Assembly: GCA_963743305.1 (NCBI GenBank)
Contig: CAVUPH010000027.1
Coordinates: forward strand, 1-64,000
Direction: 5' to 3'
DNA: 64,000 bases
DNA from: an uncultured delta proteobacterium
GTDB taxonomy: Bacteria; Desulfobacterota; RBG-13-43-22
The notes beneath the pieces were generated by a model. It had not been told where the DNA came from. It did not search any database and saw only the letters and a list, made by a program, of their open reading frames with translations. Position 1 is the stretch's first letter, and each line of letters begins with the position of its first letter. This document shows, in pieces, positions 48,520 to 57,433 of this stretch. Both the position numbers and the translations under genes were made by a program.

Positions 48520-50238
48520 TTAGAAATTAAAGGTGCTGTCCATCTCCTCGTCGCTGATCACGACCACGGTGTTGTGCGGCGGCAAGGGTTCTTTGTAGAA
48601 GAATTCAGGGAGTCGATCATCTTTGTTTGTAAAACCGGCCTTTTGATTGAATTCCCGTTCGGCCTGCAGTACCCGGATCCCCAATTGGGGAATAGCCTCG
48701 GGGCCAAGCTGGGTCCCGAACTTGGCGTTCATGGCCTGAAGAAAGGCCAGACCGCCTTCCGGGGTGGTCAGGGCGAAACTAGCCAAAAGGCAAAGTCCGG
48801 TACAATCCACGGCGGCCATGGCTATTTGGGTGTTCCGGGAGGCCTCCACCTGGCCTTCGGCCTTCAACGGATCGAGCTTTCCGGCCATGTATTCCCCGAT
48901 TACGTTTCCAGCGGTATGATCCGCGCCCATGGGGGAAGTGGCATAGGAAACGGCGTTCCCCTGCATCGCCCTGGGGTCATAGGCGGCGATACTCTGACCC
49001 TTAACTACCGGGACCCGGCTGTGGTTGAAATGCTGCCCGATAGCCGCGGGACCATTTCCCAAAAGCTGGCCCATTTTCGTTCCTTGGGCCACTTCCTCGA
49101 CCCATTGGATCGCCGCGGGACCATCGCCAAATTTTTTATATCCGGCATCCATGGCCACCGCCAGGGCCACCCCGGTGCTCATGGTGTCCAGGCCAATATC
49201 ATCACAGAGGAAATCCAAACGGGCGATGGTGTCTAAATCGTCGATGCCGGTCATTCCGCCCATGGACCAGATAGTCTCATATTCCAGGGAAGAGGTCAGA
49301 TACTTCTCCTCTTTGTCGTTATAGACGTTGGAGCAATGAACGATACATTGGCTACAGCCCATATGGCTGGGGTTTCCCCGCCGTTCATTGATCAGTTGAG
49401 TCATGGCCTCACCACTAATCTTCTCCCAGCCCTCCATAACACCTTTGGTGGCGTTATAACTGGGAAAGGCCCCCATGGAATTCACCGGAGCCACCAGCCC
49501 GGCGGTCCCCAGGTTCGGCAGAAGCTGGCCGCTGAAGGGATGTTCTTTTACGGCCTTGGCAAAGGCCTTGGCCGATTCCTTGAAGGTTTCCGGATCGGCG
49601 ATAGCATCCGGGCTGCTGCCCCGTTGATCCACCACCAGGGCCTTCAAGCCTTTAGCCGCCATAACCGCCCCCAGACCGCCTCTGCCGGCGGCCCGGCAGG
49701 GTCGGCCGTCGATATCCGAGGCTTGAATGGAGGCCGCCTTTAGTCGCTGCTCTCCAGCCGGCCCGATGCACATAACCGAGGTCTTACCCCCATAGGTCTG
49801 CAATAACTTTTCCGTCAGGGCATAGGTCCGCATCCCCTTATATTCCTGGGCAGGCAGGAGGGCGGCCTCTCCTTTTTCATCGATCCTCAGGAGAAACAGT
49901 TCCCCTTCTGCGGCCTGACCCTCAACGATGATGGCCGTAATCCCCAAATGGCCCAAGGCGGCCGCGATGGTGCCTCCGGCATTGCTTTCTTTAATAGTGC
50001 CGGTTAACGGACTTTTGGCCCCCACCGAAATCCGGCTGGTATTGACCAGATTGGTTCCGCTTAAAAGCCCCGGGGCAAAAATGAGCTTGTTTTCGGGGCC
50101 TAAAGGGTCACAATGGGCCGGCACCTCGGCATTGATCAGGATAGAGGTCAGTCCCCGCCCCCCTAGGCCCAGATATTGTTGGGGCACATCTTCCACCCCA
50201 ATGGTTTTGTTCGACATGTTCACTTTTATAAATTTCAT
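48520..50238 (-). CDS. aor: Aldehyde:ferredoxin oxidoreductase (tungstopterin AOR family)
   Basis: KSPLTG, ESNAGG, AGRGGLGAVM, CSQCIVHC, EYET, DDIGLDT. Confidence 0.93.
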   Translation of the reverse strand: MKFIKVNMSNKTIGVEDVPQQYLGLGGRGLTSILINAEVPAHCDPLGPENKLIFAPGLLSGTNLVNTSRISVGAKSPLTGTIKESNAGGTIAAALGHLGITAIIVEGQAAEGELFLLRIDEKGEAALLPAQEYKGMRTYALTEKLLQTYGGKTSVMCIGPAGEQRLKAASIQASDIDGRPCRAAGRGGLGAVMAAKGLKALVVDQRGSSPDAIADPETFKESAKAFAKAVKEHPFSGQLLPNLGTAGLVAPVNSMGAFPSYNATKGVMEGWEKISGEAMTQLINERRGNPSHMGCSQCIVHCSNVYNDKEEKYLTSSLEYETIWSMGGMTGIDDLDTIARLDFLCDDIGLDTMSTGVALAVAMDAGYKKFGDGPAAIQWVEEVAQGTKMGQLLGNGPAAIGQHFNHSRVPVVKGQSIAAYDPRAMQGNAVSYATSPMGADHTAGNVIGEYMAGKLDPLKAEGQVEASRNTQIAMAAVDCTGLCLLASFALTTPEGGLAFLQAMNAKFGTQLGPEAIPQLGIRVLQAEREFNQKAGFTNKDDRLPEFFYKEPLPPHNTVVVISDEEMDSTFNF

Positions 50239-50343
50239 TTTTCACTCCTCGGTCCAGGTTAAGGTCTTAGTCTCACCCTAATTATCCCTCTTACGGCTTT
50301 GATTGGCAATCATAATCACCCTTGTCTTTAAAAACTTTGGTTG

Positions 50344-50668
50344 TTCGCCCTTTTGGGTGGGTGGCCACACTATATAGTATAGTATCTCAGTCTGATATCG
50401 GGCCTTCGTGGCCGCCGGGTCTGGGCTAAAGGGTTTTCCAAAGCTAATCCGGACTTCGAATCCGGGCCTAAGTTACTAACTTTATTTAAAGCAGGCCCAT
50501 AATCCGAGTCTTTTGATGCCTCCCAGGCCGGCCCTGCCTCCTGGAAGATTTTAGAACCAGGGGCCGGGTTAGAACCTAAAATGGCCCGCCTTGGCGGGCT
50601 GGAAAACCCTTTCGCCGAGACCCGGCGGCCATACCAGATCTGGGGGGGTACCCACCCAAAAGGGCGAA
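50344..50668. mobile_element. 325-bp copy of the 19-bp inverted-repeat element with nested inner IR
   Basis: TIRs at 50344-50362 and 50650-50668; inner inverted pair at about 50409-50440 and 50600-50631. Confidence 0.78.
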
Positions 50669-50681
50669 GCGTCAAAACTTT

Positions 50682-50718
50682 AAAAAAGGGAGGAGCCCAA
50701 TAAACCAGGCTCCTCCTT
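50682..50718 (-). terminator. Rho-independent terminator
   Basis: Minus strand GGAGGAGCCT-loop-GGGCTCCTCC then a T run, after the ADH stop at 50765. Confidence 0.7.
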
Positions 50719-50764
50719 CCAAAGATCTGGCTGAACGGATAAACCCTGTCCAGCCAAAAGTTGG

Positions 50765-51907
50765 TTAGTCCCAAGCGCAGACCCAACGACCTTGGATCTG
50801 GCGTTTGACCATGGCATCGGCCACATCGTTAATCTGGTCCAGTTTAAATTTTTTGCTGATCAGTTTGTCGAGTTTCAGGTCCTCCTTCATGGCCATATTG
50901 ATCAGCCGAGGGATATCCACGTGGGTGGAGATGCTCCCATACAGGTTCCCCAAAATCGATTTTTGATGCAACGGCAGGAGCATGAGGGGCAGATTGGTCG
51001 GCTGATCGTGGGGGGTAATCCCGGGGATAACCACCTTGCCGCCGATCCCGGTGGACCAGTAGGCCTGAATAATGGCCCCCGGGTCGCCGATGGCCTCGAA
51101 GGCCACGTCGACGCCGCCGCCCATCCACATGCCGCCTTCCACCTGCACCCCGCCGGTCATCGTTAAGATAATAGGAACAGGATCTTCTTTGGAACTGTCG
51201 ATAAAATGGGTGGCGCCGAACTCCAGGGCCAGGTCTTTCTTGCTGCCTTCCAGGTCTACGGCAAACACCGGATTGGCATGCTGCATGACCGCCGCCCGCA
51301 GGCAGTTCAAACCGACACCTCCCAGCCCGTAAACGACCACCGAGTCACCGGGTTTGATCTGGGCGGTATTGAATACCGAACCCCAGCCCGTCGGCACGCA
51401 GCAGCCCATAAAGCAGGCCTGGTCCAGGGGGAACTCCTTGGGGACCGGGATGGTCCCGTCTTCAGGCATGACCGTGTAATTGGAAAAGCCGGAAACGAAA
51501 TTACCGTGTCGAACCATCTCCCCCTTTTTGTCAGTCAACCGGGAAGTGCCGTCCAGCAGCACTCCCCCCAGAAAGGCGCCAAAGTTGCCGCTGCAAATAT
51601 TTCCCATGCCCCGAAGACACTGGGGACATTTCCCGCAGGGAATCATCCAGGTGCCGACCACATGGTCTCCCTTTTTGACCTTGGTCACCCCCGGTCCGAC
51701 CTCTTCAACGACGCCGGCCATTTCATGGCCGATGGCTAGCGGAAGCGCAATGGGAATTTCCCCTAACATGAGATGGAGATCGGAGTGGCAGAATCCCGTA
51801 AAGGCGGATTTAACCAATACCTCCTTTTCTTTGGGAGGAGCGAGTTCCAGTTCTTCAATCGTCAAAGGCTTATTGGGTTCTCTTAAGACCGCTGATTTAA
51901 CTTTCAT
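50765..51907 (-). CDS. Zn-dependent alcohol dehydrogenase (MDR), paralog A
   Basis: CHSDLH, GHE, CGKCPQC..C, GLGGVG; RBS AAGGAGG. Confidence 0.92.
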   Translation of the reverse strand: MKVKSAVLREPNKPLTIEELELAPPKEKEVLVKSAFTGFCHSDLHLMLGEIPIALPLAIGHEMAGVVEEVGPGVTKVKKGDHVVGTWMIPCGKCPQCLRGMGNICSGNFGAFLGGVLLDGTSRLTDKKGEMVRHGNFVSGFSNYTVMPEDGTIPVPKEFPLDQACFMGCCVPTGWGSVFNTAQIKPGDSVVVYGLGGVGLNCLRAAVMQHANPVFAVDLEGSKKDLALEFGATHFIDSSKEDPVPIILTMTGGVQVEGGMWMGGGVDVAFEAIGDPGAIIQAYWSTGIGGKVVIPGITPHDQPTNLPLMLLPLHQKSILGNLYGSISTHVDIPRLINMAMKEDLKLDKLISKKFKLDQINDVADAMVKRQIQGRWVCAWD

Positions 51908-52200
51908 GAATAACCTCCTTTAGGAATGTTGGGTATGGTCAAACTCTTTTTAAGTTTCATGGATAGAATGTGGGCTATTTGGAAAAACGAATCATTAAGG
52001 GCCTGTTACTCCTTATTTGTTTTTCATGCCGATTATAAGGAAAACCCATTCCCTTAAGCACTCATCACCCCCTTCCTCCTCAGGGCCAATCCTCCAAAAA
52101 GAAAACAAGCGTACCCGCCGTTTTTTTGTCTTTATTTACGCCTTGGGCCTCTTGTCGGACTTATTTTATAAACATTAGATCTTGCCTGTCCATCTTTTTT

Positions 52201-52237
52201 AAAGGGATGCTTAACGAGTTGCTAAGCATCCCCTTTT
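52201..52237. terminator. Hairpin terminator, possibly bidirectional
   Basis: aaaGGGATGCTTA-acgagttgc-TAAGCATCCCctttt. Confidence 0.6.
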
Positions 52238-52330
52238 GATAGTGATCTCTTTACCCCCAATATCTTCGATTAAGCCGACCTCCTCATGGCCCTAACCAGT
52301 AATAACCAGAAAGGAATCATTCCCTTGGAA

Positions 52331-53554
52331 CTAGCGCTTATCCCAAGGTGGGGCCATTTTGATTTTATATTTCGTCCAATTAAAGGGATAGACGGTCATC
52401 TGCTTACCGTCCCACCATTGGTTCGCGGTACTGACAAAGGTCGCCACGCCGTTGGCGTCGTACTTCACCTTGCCCATCACGGTCTGAAATTCATTGTCCA
52501 AAACCGCCTGTCGAACCTTGGCCGAATCCAGGGTTCCGGCCTTCTCGATGGCCTGCCAGAGAATCTGGCAGAGGCCGTAGGTGGCCCCGACGCTGACCGA
52601 GTATTTCTTAAATTTTTCGTAATAGCGTTCCCCTAACTGGCGCGCGCCGGGAAAAGGAAAATCCATGGACCAAAAGCCGTCGGACAAAACATACTGGGCA
52701 TCCTTTCCCAAGGCCCCCCAGAATTCTCCGGCCCAGGTCCCTTTCCAACCATGGAAATATTTGACGTTTAATTTGTTCTCTTTCATTTGCCGAACAAATG
52801 TAATGCAATCGGTGTCGGCCCCGAAGATTAAAATAGCATCCACCCCCAGCGACTTGGCCTTGATTATCTGGGCCGAATAGTCTTTGGCCCCTACGGACCA
52901 GGGTTCATCCAGGACGAAACTATATCCGAATTTTTTGGCCTGATCGCGAAAGATACCGGCAAAGGCCCGTCCGTCAAAAGTATCTTCCATAATCAAGGCC
53001 GGTTTTTGCGGTCTTTGATCTTTAGGCAAGGTATTCCAAATTTCAAAAGGAACAGCGCAGGCCTGGACCAGATCAAAGAAAAAGAGGGTTGACCACTTGA
53101 ACTTGTGTTCCAACCAGGGGGGGATGAGACAAATGGTCGTGTGATAATATTTCTTATACTTCTCGGCGGTGATACAGCCGGGTATTACCCCAAAAGGCGC
53201 CGCGAATCCCCCGAGCAGCAGGTCTACCTTGTCCAACTTAATCAATCGTTCCACCGCGGCCGCCGCCTTCCCGGGATCGCTCTCGTCATCGGCCACGATT
53301 AACCGTACCGGCAGCTTCTTTCCGTATTCTTTAACCAGAATTCCCCCCGTCTTGTTGACATCGTCGACCGCCGTCTGATAGGCCCACTTTTGTTCGGCGC
53401 CGGCCATAGCCAGAATCCCGGTTAAGGGCAGATTCGTTCCGATGAGGATTTCTTTCTTGGCCTCCTTCGCCCAAACGGCCGAAGGCCCAGCCAGCGACCC
53501 GAACACTAAAGCCACCACCCCTACGATAAGACCCCACTTGGCACTTCCTTTCAT
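52331..53554 (-). CDS. HAAT ABC substrate-binding protein
   Basis: Signal peptide, LPLTG, DDESDP, KVDLLLG. Confidence 0.9.
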   Translation of the reverse strand: MKGSAKWGLIVGVVALVFGSLAGPSAVWAKEAKKEILIGTNLPLTGILAMAGAEQKWAYQTAVDDVNKTGGILVKEYGKKLPVRLIVADDESDPGKAAAAVERLIKLDKVDLLLGGFAAPFGVIPGCITAEKYKKYYHTTICLIPPWLEHKFKWSTLFFFDLVQACAVPFEIWNTLPKDQRPQKPALIMEDTFDGRAFAGIFRDQAKKFGYSFVLDEPWSVGAKDYSAQIIKAKSLGVDAILIFGADTDCITFVRQMKENKLNVKYFHGWKGTWAGEFWGALGKDAQYVLSDGFWSMDFPFPGARQLGERYYEKFKKYSVSVGATYGLCQILWQAIEKAGTLDSAKVRQAVLDNEFQTVMGKVKYDANGVATFVSTANQWWDGKQMTVYPFNWTKYKIKMAPPWDKR

Positions 53555-53611
53555 TGTGATCCTCCTTTGGTTAAATAGACGAATTAAAAAGCTTGGGATA
53601 GCAAAAAAAAG

Positions 53612-54631
53612 TCACCTCCTTTCCTGACCTTTTCTAAAAGAAAACAACCGGGCGAGGGATAGTCCTCCGGGAAAACTCTGGGAAAAGGAGGACGGTTTTC
53701 CAATTTTGATCAACCCCTGGGGTAAAAACAGCATCACTAAAATAATAAATAACCCCGCTATAATCGGATGGATTTCAGGCCACCAGATATTGGCCAGCTC
53801 GAAAAGGGCGGACAGGACAAAAGCACCCAATACCGGACCTACCAGGGTGCCGATACCACCCAGGATCGTCATTAAAACCGGCAATAGGGCAAAGTTGAGG
53901 CTGAAAACTCCGGTGGGATGGACGTGAAAGAGATGGTAGGCATAGAGGCTCCCGCACAATCCGGCAAAAAAAGACCCCACAGAAAAGGCAACGATCTTGA
54001 AAAAAAGGACTGGAACCCCGTTGGCCGCCGCGGCCTGTTCGTCTTCCCGGATGGCCACCAGGGCCAGCCCGAACCGGGAGCGGACCAATAGCCCTATGGC
54101 AGCCAACGACAGCAGGGCGACGGAAAAGCCCAGATAATAATAAGGTCGCAGCGATTGATACATCGAGGAAGGGAGCATCAATCCCACCGGGCCTCCCGTT
54201 AAAGCCCCGCCCTGGGTGAAAATGGTCCGGAGAATTTCACCCAGTCCAAGGGTCCCCAGGGCAAAATAGTCTCCCCGCAATTTGGCCAATAAGGGAAACC
54301 CAACGAGAATGGCTAACAACGCGGCCCCCAGCCCGCTGATTCCCATGGCCGCCGGGTCCAAATACCCGGTCCAGCCGGCATTCCAAGTAATCGCCGTCAG
54401 ATAAGCTCCCAGGCCGAAAAAGGCATGCTGTCCCAAGGAGGCCTGTCCGGTATATCCGGCCACTAAATTCCACCCCTGGGCCAAGGCCACATAAAGAAAG
54501 GTTACGAAAAGAAAAGACATCAGATAAGATTCTTCCGAGTTAACCAGCAGAGGGAAGACCAGGAGAAAAATCACCCCGGCGGAAATCCCCATCCCGGAAA
54601 AAGACCAGAGGTTTTTCTTGACGATTCCCAT
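53612..54631 (-). CDS. HAAT ABC permease (LivM-like)
   Basis: GYTGQASLG, LRGDYFAL, AIREDE. Confidence 0.9.
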   Translation of the reverse strand: MGIVKKNLWSFSGMGISAGVIFLLVFPLLVNSEESYLMSFLFVTFLYVALAQGWNLVAGYTGQASLGQHAFFGLGAYLTAITWNAGWTGYLDPAAMGISGLGAALLAILVGFPLLAKLRGDYFALGTLGLGEILRTIFTQGGALTGGPVGLMLPSSMYQSLRPYYYLGFSVALLSLAAIGLLVRSRFGLALVAIREDEQAAAANGVPVLFFKIVAFSVGSFFAGLCGSLYAYHLFHVHPTGVFSLNFALLPVLMTILGGIGTLVGPVLGAFVLSALFELANIWWPEIHPIIAGLFIILVMLFLPQGLIKIGKPSSFSQSFPGGLSLARLFSFRKGQERR

Positions 54632-54641
54632 TGTCTCCCCA

Positions 54642-55532
54642 TCAAGCCGACCGATAGGCCCGTCCAAAAAGCCCTTCCGGTCGAAACATAATTACCAACA
54701 GAAAAACGGCATAGGATATCGCATCGGCCCAGCCCCCACCGATCGTGTAAGAGCCGATACTTTCAATGACCCCCAGGAGGATACCGCCCAGGAGGGCGCC
54801 GCCGACATTGCCAATTCCCCCTAAAGCCACGGCAATCAGGGCCTTCAGGCTAAAAATAAAGCCGAAATAGGGATCAAAGGGATACGTGGTTGCCGTGGCA
54901 ACGCCGGCTATCCCCGCCAAGGCTATCCCGATGGCGAAGGTAATGCCGCTGACTCGACGAGGGCTGATTCCAACCAGCGTGGCGGCCTCCATATCTTCGG
55001 AAGCCCCTCGGACCGCTTTCCCCCAAAGGGTCTTTTTGGTAAATAGATAGACCAGGCCGGCGGCCGTCAGGCTGGTGAAGAAAACCAAAAACCGAGTAAA
55101 AGAAATTTGCAACGGACCCCAGGTGAGGCCCAAAGCCGTATAGCTAGTCCGAATGGCCCGGGGATTCGGGGTCCAGAGAACGGACATTAGATTTTCCAGG
55201 AGGATCATCAGGCCGAAGGCCAAAAGGAGAGAAGGGTTTTTCCCGGCCCGGGCCACATTGTGAAAAAGTCCAACATAAAGGAGCCAGCCGAATCCCAGGA
55301 AAAGGGGGATGAGGACAATGAGGCTGAGAAAAGGGTCCATCGAAACCAGAGTGAAGAGCCAGTAGCAGCAGTAGGCGGCCAGGATCATGACCGCGCCCTG
55401 GGCGATAAAAATGATTTGCATGGACCCGAAAATCAGGCTTAATCCAATGGCCGCGATACCATACATACTGCCAAACAAGATGCCATTGATTAAGATCTGC
55501 CAAAAGATTTGGTAAGTGAAGAATCCGCCCAT
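54642..55532 (-). CDS. HAAT ABC permease (LivH-like)
   Basis: GSMYGIAAIGLSLIFG, GKAVRG, LGGIG, RPEGLFG. Confidence 0.9.
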   Translation of the reverse strand: MGGFFTYQIFWQILINGILFGSMYGIAAIGLSLIFGSMQIIFIAQGAVMILAAYCCYWLFTLVSMDPFLSLIVLIPLFLGFGWLLYVGLFHNVARAGKNPSLLLAFGLMILLENLMSVLWTPNPRAIRTSYTALGLTWGPLQISFTRFLVFFTSLTAAGLVYLFTKKTLWGKAVRGASEDMEAATLVGISPRRVSGITFAIGIALAGIAGVATATTYPFDPYFGFIFSLKALIAVALGGIGNVGGALLGGILLGVIESIGSYTIGGGWADAISYAVFLLVIMFRPEGLFGRAYRSA

Positions 55533-55541
55533 ATTCTAAAA

Positions 55542-55702
55542 TTTGATAACCTCGCAAAAAGTCAAAGGACGACTTTCTGCTCGGCGGGGAAGGGTTCCCC
55601 CTCCCCCGCCATTGGAAGTGAATTCCAATGGTGCCACCCTCACCTCAGCCCGGCGCTTAACCGCGCTCGGGCTGTTGATGGACTTTTTGAGAGTCCATCA
55701 AA
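55542..55702. repeat. About 160-bp element with 22-bp imperfect terminal inverted repeats
   Basis: TTTGATAACCTCGCAAAAAGTC ... GACTTTTTGAGAGTCCATCAAA (18 of 22 complementary), with internal hairpins. Confidence 0.65.
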
Positions 55703-56420
55703 GGTTCATCCCCAAGTAAGCCCTCTGAAATTCCGGATTGGACAACAATTCAGCCCCCAGGCCCTCTAAGACCAGCCTCCCCGTCTGTAAAACATACACA
55801 TAATCAGCCAACTGCAAGGTTTGGTAAACATTCTGTTCAACCAGGATAATGGTCATCCCCTTTTGATTGAGGGTTTGAATCGTTTCAAACATCAGGTTCA
55901 CCACCAAAGGGGCGAGACCTAAGGAAGGTTCATCCAATAAAAGCAAAGTGGGGCGGGCCATGATGGCCCGACCAATGGCCAACATCTGTTGTTCCCCGCC
56001 GCTTAAGGAGCCTGCCGGCTGACGGGTCCGATCTTTTAGAATGGGGAAGAGGGAAAAGACTTGTTCCAGGGATTCTTCCGCTTGCGATTGATTTTTTTTG
56101 AGGAAGGCCCCCAACTCCAAATTTTCGAGCACCGTCAATTGGGCAAAAAGCCTTCTCCCTTCCGGTACATGGGAAATTCCCAGCGAAACCACTTCTTCCG
56201 GTTTGCAGTGGAGTAAGGAACGGCCTAGAAAGTCGATCTTCCCTTGATGAGGATGGATCAGGCCGGAAATAGTCCTTAAAATAGTCGTCTTCCCGGCTCC
56301 ATTCGACCCCACTAAGGCTACGATCCCGCCTTTTTCCACTCGGAATCCAAAATCCCAAATGGCCTGCGCGTCCCCATAAAAGACATCCAGACCGATAATC
56401 TCAAGCAAGGGGTCTGCCAA
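55698..56420 (-). CDS. HAAT ABC ATP-binding protein (LivF-like)
   Basis: GSNGAGKTT, LSGGEQQ, LVEQN. Confidence 0.92.
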   Translation of the reverse strand: MADPLLEIIGLDVFYGDAQAIWDFGFRVEKGGIVALVGSNGAGKTTILRTISGLIHPHQGKIDFLGRSLLHCKPEEVVSLGISHVPEGRRLFAQLTVLENLELGAFLKKNQSQAEESLEQVFSLFPILKDRTRQPAGSLSGGEQQMLAIGRAIMARPTLLLLDEPSLGLAPLVVNLMFETIQTLNQKGMTIILVEQNVYQTLQLADYVYVLQTGRLVLEGLGAELLSNPEFQRAYLGMNL

Positions 56421-57156
56421 AATAAGCCTCGATGACGGTGTTGTTTTTGATTATTTCTTCGGGTGGCCCATCGGCGATCTTTTGCCCGTAATCCAAGACC
56501 ACTACTCGGTCGCAGAGATGAAAAATGGCCTCCATTTTATGTTCCACCCATAAAATCGCCAAATTTCTCTCCTCCCGGGCCCGGTTGATTATTTGTAACA
56601 TCTTCATGGTTTCGGAGAGATTGAGGCCGGCCATGGGTTCATCCAACAAGGTCACCGAAGGCCTGGAAGCCAGCGCCCTGGCCACTTCTAATAGTCGCCT
56701 TTCGGAAAGAGTCATCCTCCCGGTTATCTCATCCTTTTTGTCAGCCAATTCGACCAATTCCAAGGATTCCAGGGCGGTTTGAAGAGCCGCTCTCCCCGTT
56801 AACCGTCGCCCATAATAGGCGCCGACCAAAGTGTTCTCCAAGACGGTCATGCCTAAGAACACCTTAACCAGTTGAAAAGTACGAGCCAAACCGGAACGGC
56901 AGATTTTATGGGATGGGTATCCGGTTATCCGCTTGCCCTTCAGAAAAATATCCCCTCCATCGGGCCGATAAATAGAAGTAATCACATTAAATAGTGTAGA
57001 TTTCCCGGCGCCGTTCGGACCGATCAAGCCAACAATCTCCCGTTCGCTAAGTGTCAGATTAACATCGGATAATACCAGAAGTCCCCCAAACCGCTTACGG
57101 ATATTTTCTAGACGAAGGACCTCTCTTTTAGTGATCGGGGTTGACATAAGGTTCAT
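56401..57156 (-). CDS. HAAT ABC ATP-binding protein (LivG-like)
   Basis: GPNGAGKST, ARTFQ, LLDEP, VEH. Confidence 0.92.
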   Translation of the reverse strand: MNLMSTPITKREVLRLENIRKRFGGLLVLSDVNLTLSEREIVGLIGPNGAGKSTLFNVITSIYRPDGGDIFLKGKRITGYPSHKICRSGLARTFQLVKVFLGMTVLENTLVGAYYGRRLTGRAALQTALESLELVELADKKDEITGRMTLSERRLLEVARALASRPSVTLLDEPMAGLNLSETMKMLQIINRAREERNLAILWVEHKMEAIFHLCDRVVVLDYGQKIADGPPEEIIKNNTVIEAYFGRPLA

Positions 57157-57191
57157 TGGATCGGTGATGAAGAGATTTGTTGAAAAACCTA

Positions 57192-57207
57192 AGCAATAAC
57201 TGTTCCC
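57192..57207 (-). promoter_or_regulatory. sigma54 -24/-12 promoter
   Basis: Minus strand GGGAACAGTTATTGCT (GG-N10-GC), upstream of the ABC operon. Confidence 0.6.
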
Positions 57208-57375
57208 AAAATATTTTTGAAGGAGGAGTTAATACATTTAGCGTAATATCAATGAATTATAATATAAGAGCGGAAAGGTGGGGATACCTGGACCAAAGAA
57301 AAAGGAAGAGTAAATCCAAACCAGAAAGAGGTCCTAGATAATTTTATTTATATTTATTAATAAGTTGCCCTGTTG

Positions 57376-57420
57376 TGTATCGAAAGGAAACAAAAATAAG
57401 AATTGTATAGAAAAGAAACA
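57376..57420. promoter_or_regulatory. Tandem TGT-N11-ACA upstream activator sequences
   Basis: TGTATCGAAAGGAAACA (57376-57392) and TGTATAGAAAAGAAACA (57404-57420). Confidence 0.6.
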
Positions 57421-57433
57421 CTGGCTATTGTCC

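Noticed and set aside
50305-50320. sigma54-like sequence upstream of aor
   Set aside because: GG-to-GC spacing is 11 rather than 10 nt.
50441-50600. Possible Moco/Wco riboswitch before aor
   Set aside because: Motif fragments (CCTAAG, GCCTCC) are on the wrong strand and inside the IR element; a covariance-model search would be needed.
50370-50786. 138-aa ORF (also 44084..44299)
   Set aside because: They translate the repeat element, terminator and promoter DNA and show no protein motif.
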